This document shows positions 53,223 through 62,873 of a stretch of DNA of 64,000 bases, one piece after another (the first letter of the stretch is position 1; every line of letters begins with the position of its first letter). The position numbers were made by a program, and so were the translations under genes. A model generated the notes under the pieces. It ran no database searches, had not been told where the DNA came from, and was given only the letters and a program-made list of their open reading frames with translations. Source of the DNA: Escherichia phage 241. The stretch lies in the sequence record OR924452, one strand, 5' to 3'.

Positions 53223-53267
53223 TTATTCAATAAACGGGGTTTACTTCTTCAATAAACCCCGTATACT
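53223..53267 (+). promoter_or_regulatory. Sigma70-like early promoter (TTTACT-16 nt-TATACT) with upstream TTATTCAATAA palindrome
   Basis: -35-like TTTACT 53240-53245 and -10-like TATACT 53262-53267; near-identical to the 7605-7644 element. Confidence 0.55.
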
Positions 53268-53316
53268 TCATTCCATAAGCAGCACAACACTGACTCTGAA
53301 ATGAAGGAACTACATC

Positions 53317-53781
53317 ATGACAACCGTAAAAATCTCCGTCTGGGCATTCAACAATTTCACCAAATTTGACGCGTTTGTTAAAAACGCTCTGGGCATCACC
53401 AACATAGAATCTTTCACTTCTTATGACCGCGAAGATCAGGTCAAAATGCTTCGTCCTGAAATCGACCTTGACGCAATGCTGAACGCCATCAAGAATCACG
53501 ATGACAATCTGGCTGAATTCGAAAACCTCCGCACCTCTATCTTCAAAAAGAATGGCGGCATCCGTAAGCTGAGCAACAAAACCATCAAATATGTCACCGA
53601 AGGGTTCTTTGTGGTGTTCGACTTCATAGAAACCAAGCCGAACGAACTTCGTAAAGATTTAGACGGCAACGTTATCACCCTGAAAATGTTTGGCGAAGCC
53701 AAGGCCGATATGATGCGTGATGGCCTGTGTGATGAGACATTCACATACGACGAATATTGCGATCAGTGCCAAGATCTGTAA
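53317..53781 (+). CDS. Hypothetical protein
   Basis: 154-aa ORF with AAGGAA RBS downstream of the promoter. Confidence 0.5.
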   Translation: MTTVKISVWAFNNFTKFDAFVKNALGITNIESFTSYDREDQVKMLRPEIDLDAMLNAIKNHDDNLAEFENLRTSIFKKNGGIRKLSNKTIKYVTEGFFVVFDFIETKPNELRKDLDGNVITLKMFGEAKADMMRDGLCDETFTYDEYCDQCQDL

Positions 53782-53849
53782 TTTGTTCTAAACCATTTGA
53801 ACGGGTATGTTAAAATCATACCCAACCCCTACAAATAGAGGACTATAAC

Positions 53850-54167
53850 ATGGCTTGTAAAACACCAGAAATGAAATTAGTTGTTTCTTCAAAGGGGCGT
53901 CGCAGCCGCAGTCGAAATCTCATCACCCGTTTAGATATTCTACGTCAAAAATATCAAGCCCACAGCGTATTCACACGCATCCGTAACGCATTAAAGGAAG
54001 GGCGAACCGAGTTGGAGCTATATCGTCCAAACGGTTCGACTCGTGCGTATCAGACCACCGACGGCTTGCTGGAACTGATCCGCCTGAGTGGGATGACAAT
54101 CGAACCCCGCTCGTCAGGGACTCCCCTGTGCTCCCTTTATGTCATCGGCAATCTTGGGGCGCTGTGA
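53850..54167 (+). CDS. Hypothetical basic protein
   Basis: 105-aa ORF with GAGGA RBS; Arg/Lys-rich N-terminus. Confidence 0.45.
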   Translation: MACKTPEMKLVVSSKGRRSRSRNLITRLDILRQKYQAHSVFTRIRNALKEGRTELELYRPNGSTRAYQTTDGLLELIRLSGMTIEPRSSGTPLCSLYVIGNLGAL

Positions 54168-54172
54168 GTTCT

Positions 54173-54595
54173 ATGAAGAAATATGTCGTGCTCATTACAG
54201 GTTCCCGCTCAATAACCGAGCGGGATAAAATCTTCGCCAAACTGGATGAACTGTTAGATCCCCACGAGATCGAAACTTTTATAGAAGGTGAAGCGGTTGG
54301 TGTGGACTTGATATCTCGTGATTGGTGTGAAATCAATTATGTCCATGTTACGCCAATGGGGATCCCTAAGGATTATCACACGATATATGGGAAAGGCGCA
54401 GGAAACCAACGTAACAAAGATATGTTAGACAAAGCTACAACCCTGGCCAAACAAAAAGGTCTTGAGGTCTTTGGAATTGCGTTATGGGATGGTTCGTCTA
54501 CTGGGACGCAAGACATGATTACCCGCATGAAAAAAGCAGGAGTCAATGTCAATATCACTCTCATGGGCAAACCCAAAACCAAACGATTGTTATAA
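54173..54595 (+). CDS. Hypothetical protein; weak resemblance to DUF2493/SLOG-type Rossmann proteins
   Basis: N-terminal KKYVVLITGSRS, a Rossmann-like glycine motif (weak). Confidence 0.5.
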   Translation: MKKYVVLITGSRSITERDKIFAKLDELLDPHEIETFIEGEAVGVDLISRDWCEINYVHVTPMGIPKDYHTIYGKGAGNQRNKDMLDKATTLAKQKGLEVFGIALWDGSSTGTQDMITRMKKAGVNVNITLMGKPKTKRLL

Positions 54596-54617
54596 ATATG
54601 TTTGCCTTCACACCCAT

Positions 54618-54800
54618 ATGGAGTTAGCTATGCTGCAATTAATTTTGATTCTTTGCGTCGCTTTTACCATGTACTTTCTGGCGCGAATCAGTTATATCAC
54701 ACTAAATGATCTGAAAAATACACCACGCGAACCTAAATTTATATTTCTAAAGAAATACACCAAAAAGTTCTGCGAGAATTTTATCTATCATCTTCCATGA
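54618..54800 (+). CDS. Small membrane protein
   Basis: Hydrophobic MELAMLQLILILCVAFTMYF. Confidence 0.35.
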   Translation: MELAMLQLILILCVAFTMYFLARISYITLNDLKNTPREPKFIFLKKYTKKFCENFIYHLP

Positions 54801-54802
54801 TT

Positions 54803-54829
54803 ATAAATACCCCCAAAATTGGGGGTATT
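54803..54829 (+). promoter_or_regulatory. Late-promoter-like TATAAATACCCCC plus hairpin (AATACCCCC ... GGGGGTATT)
   Basis: Contains the T4 late-promoter core TATAAATA; 9-bp stem with a 6-nt loop, 2 nt before the ATG at 54832. Confidence 0.5.
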
Positions 54830-54831
54830 TT

Positions 54832-55560
54832 ATGAACGCACAAATCTACGATGTCCTTTCCTCTGGTAACGCATTTAGCAACCCGCTTCCGTCCCTCTCC
54901 GGTCCCTCACAGGATTTAATCACCAGTGGTAGTACCAATATACCATTGATAACTGCCAACGCGACTCCGGAAATGCAGTTGGCTATGTCAGCAGGTGGAT
55001 TAACACCAGATAAACTTACAGCAGCCACAAACATGTATAGCTCTGCCAACACGGGGATAACGACACTGAACACATATGGCGACCAGAGCATAAATGAAGC
55101 GTATTCAAGAATTGGGACTTCCGTTTCATATAAATCAGGTTTGAAAAGTATATCACGGGAACCAAACAATTGTGACCTGATCAACAAAGCATTCGGTGTT
55201 GTTCAGGATCTAGGCCGCCAATGGTTAAACGCTATGGAAGGCGCTCTCCAGACTGTGACTAACAAGATATCGGAATTGTATGACATGATTATGGAAGGTG
55301 CCTCAGAAGGTATGGCAAAACTACAGCAATTGGCTGCTGAAGTAACAGGACATATCAATGAGGCAATAACCGCCGTCAATGGAGTTATAAACGATATCAC
55401 CGATGGGATAGCTGCAGAACTTGCTCATATTGAAAGTATGATCAAAGAATGTCTAAACTTCTCTTTTGCGAATGTTCTTGGAGAATGGGCCAAAGATCTC
55501 TGTGCTGGAGGCGTTATTGATAAAATAGGGACTCCAGAATTAAAAGAGTCCCTGAAATAA
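54832..55560 (+). CDS. Hypothetical protein
   Basis: 242-aa ORF directly after the promoter-hairpin element. Confidence 0.55.
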   Translation: MNAQIYDVLSSGNAFSNPLPSLSGPSQDLITSGSTNIPLITANATPEMQLAMSAGGLTPDKLTAATNMYSSANTGITTLNTYGDQSINEAYSRIGTSVSYKSGLKSISREPNNCDLINKAFGVVQDLGRQWLNAMEGALQTVTNKISELYDMIMEGASEGMAKLQQLAAEVTGHINEAITAVNGVINDITDGIAAELAHIESMIKECLNFSFANVLGEWAKDLCAGGVIDKIGTPELKESLK

Positions 55561-56181
55561 TCAATGTCTAGCGGGGAGAACTCCCACTGGTTCGATACCT
55601 TCCATCACCAGGGAGTTCACCCCAACATCACTCATTCGAATCCATACTTTACCGCCTGGTCTTATTTCATAGATGTTCATTTCATTACCCACAGCAGATC
55701 CATTAACGAAAACACCCTGAGTGGCAATTCGGATCGGAGATTTGGTGTTATTAACTATCTGAAATGATATTGCAACGTCTCTGGTGATTTCTACGTCCCT
55801 TGCTTGAGTATTCCTTCTAAGTTTGTCAAAGAAAGAAGGATTGAAAGTCGCTATGATGCTATTATTCTGAGAGTAATAAATACTTGCGGATAGATATGGG
55901 ATCTTTCCTTCGTCACCTTTCCTCAATAGGGGAATCGTGGTTTTCCAGTATGGTCTCAGTGACTGGTTGTTATCATCAAAACAACCAACAGCTTGAAGAG
56001 TCTGGAAGTTCTGAAAATCAGATACTACTTGATTCAGAATATTTTTATTGCATTTATCAATGTCGGCTGAGATGTTAACAGGTATGGTTCTGATTTCAGG
56101 ATCCCAGAGGTCGGTTACAGAAATGACGGACGTGACAAAGATACGGCAACTTGTGAGTGCAAGCACCATTATCATCGTCAT
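55561..56181 (-). CDS. Lipoprotein (candidate superinfection-exclusion or envelope protein), antisense to neighbouring genes
   Basis: Signal peptide with lipobox MIMVLALTSC; about 200 aa mature protein; only minus-strand gene in this block. Confidence 0.5.
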   Translation of the reverse strand: MTMIMVLALTSCRIFVTSVISVTDLWDPEIRTIPVNISADIDKCNKNILNQVVSDFQNFQTLQAVGCFDDNNQSLRPYWKTTIPLLRKGDEGKIPYLSASIYYSQNNSIIATFNPSFFDKLRRNTQARDVEITRDVAISFQIVNNTKSPIRIATQGVFVNGSAVGNEMNIYEIRPGGKVWIRMSDVGVNSLVMEGIEPVGVLPARH

Positions 56182-56244
56182 GATCCATTTTCTGAATCCG
56201 CGTATCAGGAACACTAAAACGTTCTCCACAGCAAAGGTGCTAAC

Positions 56245-56742
56245 ATGACAGGTGTACAATTCAAAAACGAAAATCCTAATTTCGCGGCTTCCGATAAATG
56301 GCGCTTAACTATCGGAGACCTGATATTGCTTACTCGTTCAATACATGACTTCAGTATTCCTGGAGTGTATTCTGAAGGTATCGAGGGACCATCCCCTGGC
56401 GATGTGCTCAACTCCATACCTTCAGAACGTCTCACGTATGACCCCATCGTATTTACGTTCGTTATCGATGAGAGTTGGTACAACTGGGAACAGATTTACA
56501 ATTGGATTGCGTCTAATGCTGGATCTGATTTAGCTGTCAGCCGCGACATCACCATCGACCTTCTTGATAACATGAATCGACCTGTTGGTCTACAATTGTT
56601 GTTGGAAGAAGCCCGTCCCACAGCTTTGGATAACGTATTGGTGGATGTGGATGCTGCGGTTCCCCAACTGGTCACGACTGTCACGTTCAAATATTTGAAA
56701 CTGACTCCGACTCGCGTCACCCGCGAAATTGATAAACAATAA
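56245..56742 (+). CDS. Hypothetical protein
   Basis: 165-aa ORF with AAAGGTG RBS. Confidence 0.5.
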   Translation: MTGVQFKNENPNFAASDKWRLTIGDLILLTRSIHDFSIPGVYSEGIEGPSPGDVLNSIPSERLTYDPIVFTFVIDESWYNWEQIYNWIASNAGSDLAVSRDITIDLLDNMNRPVGLQLLLEEARPTALDNVLVDVDAAVPQLVTTVTFKYLKLTPTRVTREIDKQ

Positions 56743-56780
56743 GTTATAATACAGAGAGTTGAAACAGCAGGGAATAAATC

Positions 56781-57236
56781 ATGAGCGAAACAAAACTTGA
56801 AACGATGAAAACCGAAGATATAATGGCAGAATTGGAACCTCTTATTTCGGTAAATCCTGAAGACATGAACTTAGACCAAATGTCATTGAAAATTGGTCGT
56901 TCGTGGATGACTGTGCAACGCCATTATATTCGTGAAGGAAGATATCTGGAGTATCTAACTGGCAAATTCCGCCAAATAGATCTCTATTTACGCCGATTTT
57001 ATGCAGGGGAATTGCCGCCCAACGTTTATGTTGAACGCCCATTAAAAGTTCGACCCCTGAAATCTGATATAGACGTATGGGTAAAAGCAGATGATGATTA
57101 TATCGAATTGTCTAGCATGCTTCAAGAGCAGAAAGCCAAAGTCAAGTTCATCGAAAGTTGCTTAGATCGTTTGAACAAACTCGGATATGAAGTGAAGAAT
57201 GCTATTGATTGGCGAAAATATTTGGATGGGATGTAA
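56781..57236 (+). CDS. Hypothetical protein
   Basis: 151-aa ORF with AGGGAA RBS. Confidence 0.5.
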   Translation: MSETKLETMKTEDIMAELEPLISVNPEDMNLDQMSLKIGRSWMTVQRHYIREGRYLEYLTGKFRQIDLYLRRFYAGELPPNVYVERPLKVRPLKSDIDVWVKADDDYIELSSMLQEQKAKVKFIESCLDRLNKLGYEVKNAIDWRKYLDGM

Positions 57237-57982
57237 TGGTTTCTCTACAGGCTTTGCGCAAACTTAATGACTTTGAAAATCGTCATCATACATTTCAGCA
57301 ATATTCCTTGCCGTTTAAGGAACTGACTTGCGTAACTACCGAAAATGGTCGTCACTATGTTTCTCCCACTGGAGTCAAACTAACTTCAGTGACGACCATG
57401 TTAGGGCGTACTGGTGACCACACATGGTTAGAAGCCTGGCGGGACAAGTTGGGGCATGAAGCTGCTGATATAGAAACACATCGTTGCGCAGACCGTGGGG
57501 AAAAACTTCATTTGGCTTGTGAGTTGTATCTCAAAAACAGACCAATGAAGGAAGTTCTGGAAGCTGCAGGGGAATACGTGTTTATGTTCAAACAGGTTTT
57601 CCCCTACCTTAACAAAATGAGCAAGATATATGCACAAGAGATTCCATTATATAGCGAAGTCCTGGGTCTTGCTGGTCGTGTTGACCTTATCGGGGTTTAC
57701 GAAGGAATTCCAAGCATAATCGATTTCAAAACATCCAACACCCTGAAAACTCGGAGCATGATAGAAGATTACAGCATTCAACTATGCCTGTACTCAGTCA
57801 TGTTTCAACAGATGTTTAATGTTAAGATCGAACGTTTGGTCAATATTATATCTAATGAAAATTCTCTTGTCCCGACTATAATCGAATTTAATCGAAAAGA
57901 CGTTATTTCTAAAATGTTTGATCGTGTTCGCCTGTATCATAAAATGGATAAAGAACAGAACGGGATCTGGGCGGATCGCTAA
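57236..57982 (+). CDS. PD-(D/E)XK family nuclease (RecB / lambda-exonuclease-like)
   Basis: Motifs GRVDLIGV and IIDFKTS fit the D...(D/E)xK catalytic core; start overlaps the previous stop (TAATG). Confidence 0.55.
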   Translation: MVSLQALRKLNDFENRHHTFQQYSLPFKELTCVTTENGRHYVSPTGVKLTSVTTMLGRTGDHTWLEAWRDKLGHEAADIETHRCADRGEKLHLACELYLKNRPMKEVLEAAGEYVFMFKQVFPYLNKMSKIYAQEIPLYSEVLGLAGRVDLIGVYEGIPSIIDFKTSNTLKTRSMIEDYSIQLCLYSVMFQQMFNVKIERLVNIISNENSLVPTIIEFNRKDVISKMFDRVRLYHKMDKEQNGIWADR

Positions 57983-57985
57983 ATA
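57979..57985 (+). promoter_or_regulatory. Late-promoter-like CTAAATA motif upstream of uvsW
   Basis: GCTAAATACTCCAT about 25 nt before the start codon. Confidence 0.4.
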
Positions 57986-58010
57986 CTCCATAATATTGGG
58001 GGAATTAGTG

Positions 58011-59516
58011 ATGTCAGAAATTCAAATAATCAAAGTTAACGAAGTGCGCATGCGAATCTTGGCGGAGGACTATATCCGCGAAGAACTCAATGATTACTTC
58101 AAATTTGAAGATCCTAATTTCCAACCGAATCCCTTCAGTAAATGGGATGGCGTGGTACGCTTGTTCACAAAGAGTTCTGGTCTTATAGACATCGGTCTGT
58201 TGTTTGAGGTGTTTAAGTTCTGTAAGATGAATGGTTACACCATCAAATTAGATCCCGCCTTAAAATATATCCAAGATATACCAGACGAAGAGATACATAC
58301 ATTTATCAATTCCCTGAACGCTGTTTACCGTGATGAAAACAAGCAATACCAAATCGCAACAGTGCGGGACTATCAATTCGACTCAGTGGCCACAGCAATA
58401 CGCCAATCCAGATGCGTGCTAGAAGCGGCTACGAGCGCGGGTAAATCGTTTATTTTGTACATCATGGCGCGTTACTACAGGCAACGCAGAGAGGCACTGG
58501 AAAGCAATCTCAAGACGTTGATCGTTGTACCTTCCATTCACTTGGTGACTCAGTTGTATGACAACTTTGAGGAATACAGCCATGGCACAAATTGGAATAC
58601 CATGATGAATGTCCAGATGATATGTGAAGGCGCAACAAAGGACATATTCAAGCCCATAGTCATTTCTACATGGCAGGGTATTCAGAATCAGCCCAAAGAA
58701 TGGTTCCATCAATTTGGGGATATTGTTGTCGACGAAGTACACACATCTAAATCTGAAAAGCTATCTTATATCCTGAACAACTGCATTAATGCTGACCAAA
58801 GATTGGGAGTAACCGGAACCCTCGCGAATACAAAGGTTGCAGGGTTGCAGGTCGTTGCCCATTTTGGAGCATACCATAAAATTATTACAGCACGTGATTT
58901 AATAAATCTTGGTTATGCCACAGATATCCATGTCAACATGATTGAAGTCATACATCCCATGGCGGATTGTATAGAAATGCATGGTGCTGAGTATCAAAAG
59001 GAAATAGAATTCCTCATAGCGAATGAACGTCGAAACGAGTTAATAGCCAGAATGGCATTGTCTTTGAAAGGTAACGTGGCCGTTATGTTCGAACGCATTG
59101 ACGCCCATATGATGATTGTTTATGAAATGCTTTCAGCCGTTAAGAAAAACGTATTTGTCATTAACGGCGAAGTTAAGACAGAAGTTCGTAAACAAATTCA
59201 GGCAGCGATGGAAGAGGGTGAAGATATAACACTGCTGGCATCTTATGGGACCATGCAACAGGGAGTGTCGATCAAAAAACTTCATCATTTGATATTGGCA
59301 CACCCGAGTAAATCCTATATCCGTGTCATACAGACTTTAGGGCGTCTCATGCGCCAGCACTCTTCAAAGGATGTCGCCAAGATCTGGGATTTAGTAGACA
59401 ACTTGCGTTACAATGGATTCTCGTACAACCATGCTCTCAGACATTCGCATGAGAGATATAAATTTTATCTTATGGAGCGACACCCTGTACAAATGAAGAA
59501 AGTGTCGCTCCAGTAA
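58011..59516 (+). CDS. uvsW: UvsW-like SF2 DNA helicase
   Basis: Walker A TSAGKS, DExH box VVDEVH, and C-terminal NLHHLILAHP matching T4 UvsW; start at the ATG at 58011 with GGGGGAA RBS. Confidence 0.85.
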   Translation: MSEIQIIKVNEVRMRILAEDYIREELNDYFKFEDPNFQPNPFSKWDGVVRLFTKSSGLIDIGLLFEVFKFCKMNGYTIKLDPALKYIQDIPDEEIHTFINSLNAVYRDENKQYQIATVRDYQFDSVATAIRQSRCVLEAATSAGKSFILYIMARYYRQRREALESNLKTLIVVPSIHLVTQLYDNFEEYSHGTNWNTMMNVQMICEGATKDIFKPIVISTWQGIQNQPKEWFHQFGDIVVDEVHTSKSEKLSYILNNCINADQRLGVTGTLANTKVAGLQVVAHFGAYHKIITARDLINLGYATDIHVNMIEVIHPMADCIEMHGAEYQKEIEFLIANERRNELIARMALSLKGNVAVMFERIDAHMMIVYEMLSAVKKNVFVINGEVKTEVRKQIQAAMEEGEDITLLASYGTMQQGVSIKKLHHLILAHPSKSYIRVIQTLGRLMRQHSSKDVAKIWDLVDNLRYNGFSYNHALRHSHERYKFYLMERHPVQMKKVSLQ

Positions 59517-59517
59517 T

Positions 59518-59862
59518 TCATTTGTCTTGGTTCACATAGGCGGGGGTCGCCTCGCCTTCTTTGTCAGAACCGAATAAACAACCCATCGTGCTGATGCATT
59601 GTTGTAGAACTTCTGGATCCAGAATCTGACACAACAGTTGTTCATTACATTCCAGCAATGGGACAACTTTCACTTCCCGCGCCTGTCCTTGTTGAATAAT
59701 GCCGACATATAGACCTTTGGTGTCTGGCAGTAACGGGATCACCATCATTGGTGTCACAACAAACTTAGAAGTGCAATAGAGGCTGTGTAGGTAAACACCT
59801 TTCAATGCCGGACATGCTTCTTGTTCTTCCCCCACTGCATATAAACCCACGAATTGTTTCAT
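59518..59862 (-). CDS. Hypothetical Cys-containing protein
   Basis: 114-aa ORF convergent with uvsW. Confidence 0.45.
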   Translation of the reverse strand: MKQFVGLYAVGEEQEACPALKGVYLHSLYCTSKFVVTPMMVIPLLPDTKGLYVGIIQQGQAREVKVVPLLECNEQLLCQILDPEVLQQCISTMGCLFGSDKEGEATPAYVNQDK

Positions 59863-59979
59863 ATATTACTCTCTTGTTAGTAAACATGACTACATAATAA
59901 TTTCATGCTGTGTTTAGACCAAATAAATTATTTTGCTAGTTGAATAAAAATCGCTTTCTTGTTGAACAAACCGTGCGTA

Positions 59980-60060
59980 ATATACGAGTTGTGAGCTTTG
60001 CGAGCAACGAGTATTATCACGAGCGAAGCGAGTAGACTAATAAAGAAAGGTTTATTAAAA
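59980..60060. repeat. CGAG-repeat noncoding element (copy B) in the divergent region before gp45
   Basis: ACGAGTTGTGAG, CAACGAG and CACGAGCGAAGCGAG words shared with the element at 17940-18090. Confidence 0.4.
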
Positions 60061-60197
60061 CAGAATACTATAAATGCCGTCAGGCATTTATTTATCGCGC
60101 GTAGGGCATTTTAACACTTGTTCTATAACTGCAAACACGCGATACTAATTTGCGTCAAACATGACTTGAACCCCACTATATTTTGAGGATATAAACA

Positions 60198-60866
60198 ATG
60201 CAAGAGATCACTCTCTCTGAACGTACTTTACAACTGCTGGCCAACTTTGAAACCATTTGCCCTTCTATCGTTCTGGCACCTGGTAAAAAGCTGCGCACTG
60301 TTAACGACTCCAGCACCGTCATCGCTATCGCTGACATCGACGAAGACTTCCCGTTTGAATTCCCTATTTTGGATCTGACCAAACTTCTGGCCATTCAGCG
60401 TCTGCCTAGTTTCAAAGGCGGTAAAATCGAAATGTCGGAAGATCATATTTTACTGAAAGGTGAAAACTCGCAGCTGCAATTCTGGCGCTCAGCAAAAGAA
60501 TTGACTGTCGTTCCTGCCGACAGCATTGATCTCCCGTCCGTTGAATTCGAAGCGACGGTCACTCCTGAAAAAATGAAAGAGCTGACCCGCGCCTGTTCTA
60601 CTCTGGGACACAAAACTGTTCGTCTGGTTGCCAGCGGCGGTAAAACCCGTCTGGTCGGTACGACTACGACTATCGATAATTCCAACGATTACACCGTTGA
60701 ATTGGGTGAAACTGCTCTGGCTGATTTCGCTATGCCTGTCGACGTTGTTAACCTGAAAATGATCGAAGGCAACTATGTGATCCGCGCCTGTGCTGAAATG
60801 CAGCTTGTTAACTTCCAGTCGGCTGACGGCACCATCAACTACTACGTTGGCATGCAGCTGGATTAA
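60198..60866 (+). CDS. gp45: Sliding clamp (T4 gp45-like)
   Basis: LLANFETICPSIVL and NLKMIEGNYVI align with T4 gp45; 222 aa. Confidence 0.85.
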   Translation: MQEITLSERTLQLLANFETICPSIVLAPGKKLRTVNDSSTVIAIADIDEDFPFEFPILDLTKLLAIQRLPSFKGGKIEMSEDHILLKGENSQLQFWRSAKELTVVPADSIDLPSVEFEATVTPEKMKELTRACSTLGHKTVRLVASGGKTRLVGTTTTIDNSNDYTVELGETALADFAMPVDVVNLKMIEGNYVIRACAEMQLVNFQSADGTINYYVGMQLD

Positions 60867-60946
60867 TCAATATCGCTTCGGCGCTTTATTATCGGTGGCG
60901 GGGTTATTATCCCGCCCTTTGAAATGTTTTATCTAAAGAGGCTGCA

Positions 60947-61936
60947 ATGTCCAACATTACTATCGTTACAGACCAATACGCGTGGGAAAACAAATATCGT
61001 CCTGATAATTTAGATGAGATCGTTCTCCCCTCAGACGTCCGTGCCAAGATCCATGGTTATGTTACCTCTGGCAACGGAAACATCCCCTCTATGCTGTTCT
61101 ACTCCCCTCAGCCTGGTACGGGTAAAACTACTTCTGCTCTGGCCGTGTGCAATGAAATCGGTTGTGTGAAACCTCTGATGATCAACGCATCGCTTGACAA
61201 CAGCATTGATGTGATTCGCGATCGTGTTATTCAATATGCTACTGGCGTCAGCGTTTTCGGTGGTCGGAAAGTCGTCATCCTCGACGAAGTTGAGCGTCTT
61301 TCTATGGCGGCTCAGGAATCATTGAAAGGTATCGTGGAAAAGGTTTCCAAGAACTGCTCGTTTATCCTGACCACCAACGCCAAACAGCGTGTCAATGAGC
61401 CTCTGCGTTCTCGTTGCCGTGAAATTGATTTCATCTGGTCCGAAAAAGAAGCCGACGAAGTTAAACTTCAATTTATGCGTCGTTGTGCCGCTATCCTGAC
61501 AGAAGAAGGCATTCCATACGAAGCTGGTGTTATTGCGTCGATTGTCAAGTCGTATTTCCCCGACAACCGTAAGATTATGGGCACCCTTCAGGATAATGCC
61601 ACCACGTTTGGTAAAATCGATGAACGTGCTTTAGCTCAGGTGAAAGCGGGTGAATTCCAGGCGCTGGTCGATTTCTTAAAGGCCAATGATTGGGCTGGTA
61701 TGAAGCAATGGGTGACCGACAACCAAAACTACATTACAGAGGACTTCTACTCTCGGTTTTTCCATTTCTGTGTCCCACAGAACAAAGAGAAGACTCCTTT
61801 GATTCAGAACGAATCTATCCCAGATTTGGTCTGCGTTTGTGGTCAGTCACAGATTGAACATCGTTCAGTTGGAGACGTCTGGTTACACGGCGTTTACTTC
61901 CTGACCAACGTCATGCTCAACATCAAGTGGAAGTGA
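60947..61936 (+). CDS. gp44: Clamp loader large subunit (T4 gp44-like AAA+ ATPase)
   Basis: Walker A PQPGTGKTT, Walker B ILDEVERL, SRC motif RSRC. Confidence 0.9.
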   Translation: MSNITIVTDQYAWENKYRPDNLDEIVLPSDVRAKIHGYVTSGNGNIPSMLFYSPQPGTGKTTSALAVCNEIGCVKPLMINASLDNSIDVIRDRVIQYATGVSVFGGRKVVILDEVERLSMAAQESLKGIVEKVSKNCSFILTTNAKQRVNEPLRSRCREIDFIWSEKEADEVKLQFMRRCAAILTEEGIPYEAGVIASIVKSYFPDNRKIMGTLQDNATTFGKIDERALAQVKAGEFQALVDFLKANDWAGMKQWVTDNQNYITEDFYSRFFHFCVPQNKEKTPLIQNESIPDLVCVCGQSQIEHRSVGDVWLHGVYFLTNVMLNIKWK

Positions 61937-61940
61937 TATT

Positions 61941-62363
61941 ATGGCCGCTCCGTCACTGTTCGATTACCTGGGTGCTCTGAACAGCACCAAAGAGAATCTG
62001 TTGTTGACCGAAGACCCCGAAATCAGAAAGGCATTTGATCCTTTCATGACTCGGCGCGGCCTTGCCCAGAGTAAAGACACGTTGGTGGTTGCAGAACGAA
62101 TGAACCACTTTCATGCCATTACTCCTTGGATGCAATGGAACCTTGCGTTTCATAGCATTCCGGCGAAACGCCGTTATGGCAAATGGTCTAAGAAAGGAGC
62201 CATGGACCCTGATGTAAAATTGATTTCTGAGTATTACTACATCAGTCCTGAAAAGGCTTCTGAGTATGTTCGATTCCTGCCGAAAGAAGTCCTGGCTGAA
62301 ATCAAGGCGAAGGTCGAACGTTCCAACAGCAACGAAAAAGCTAAACCGCGCAAGGCTAAGTAA
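61941..62363 (+). CDS. gp62: Clamp loader small subunit (T4 gp62-like, by synteny)
   Basis: 140-aa ORF coupled to the gp44 stop, in the T4-conserved 45-44-62-regA order. Confidence 0.65.
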   Translation: MAAPSLFDYLGALNSTKENLLLTEDPEIRKAFDPFMTRRGLAQSKDTLVVAERMNHFHAITPWMQWNLAFHSIPAKRRYGKWSKKGAMDPDVKLISEYYYISPEKASEYVRFLPKEVLAEIKAKVERSNSNEKAKPRKAK

Positions 62364-62392
62364 TTCAAATTATTGTTAAAGGGGTACGAGTC

Positions 62393-62857
62393 ATGGCGCG
62401 TAATACGCTGGACATCTTGAAACTTTCAGCTGTTAACGATGAGGCCAGCATCGTTGATTGTATGGTTGAAGTTCAATTGAACCAAGATAAACCAGGAATT
62501 TTCCTGGGTATCAAGGAAACGCTGAGCCGCATCGGGGTGAACACTCGTCAAGAGCCGAATACCCTGTACCAAACATGTCATATTCTGCATAAATTTGGCA
62601 GATATCACATCGTGCACTTCAAGCATCTTTTCATGCTGGATGGGCATTACAACGGCTTTACGCGTGAAGATGTCCTGCGTATGAATCGGATTATTCGGCT
62701 TTTGGAGCAGTGGAATATGGTTAAAATACTGCATCCGGAACAGATTACCGAAGTTGCTGATATGTCTCGAATCAAAGTTGTAAAACATGACCAAGTTTCT
62801 GATTGGAAACTGGTTCCAAAATATACCATCCGCCCGAGTCGGGCGAAAAGCGAATAA
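62393..62857 (+). CDS. regA: Translational repressor RegA
   Basis: LYQTCHILHKFGRYHIVHFKHLFMLDG and WKLVPKYTI align with T4 RegA. Confidence 0.85.
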   Translation: MARNTLDILKLSAVNDEASIVDCMVEVQLNQDKPGIFLGIKETLSRIGVNTRQEPNTLYQTCHILHKFGRYHIVHFKHLFMLDGHYNGFTREDVLRMNRIIRLLEQWNMVKILHPEQITEVADMSRIKVVKHDQVSDWKLVPKYTIRPSRAKSE

Positions 62858-62873
62858 CTGGAGTCGCTATATT

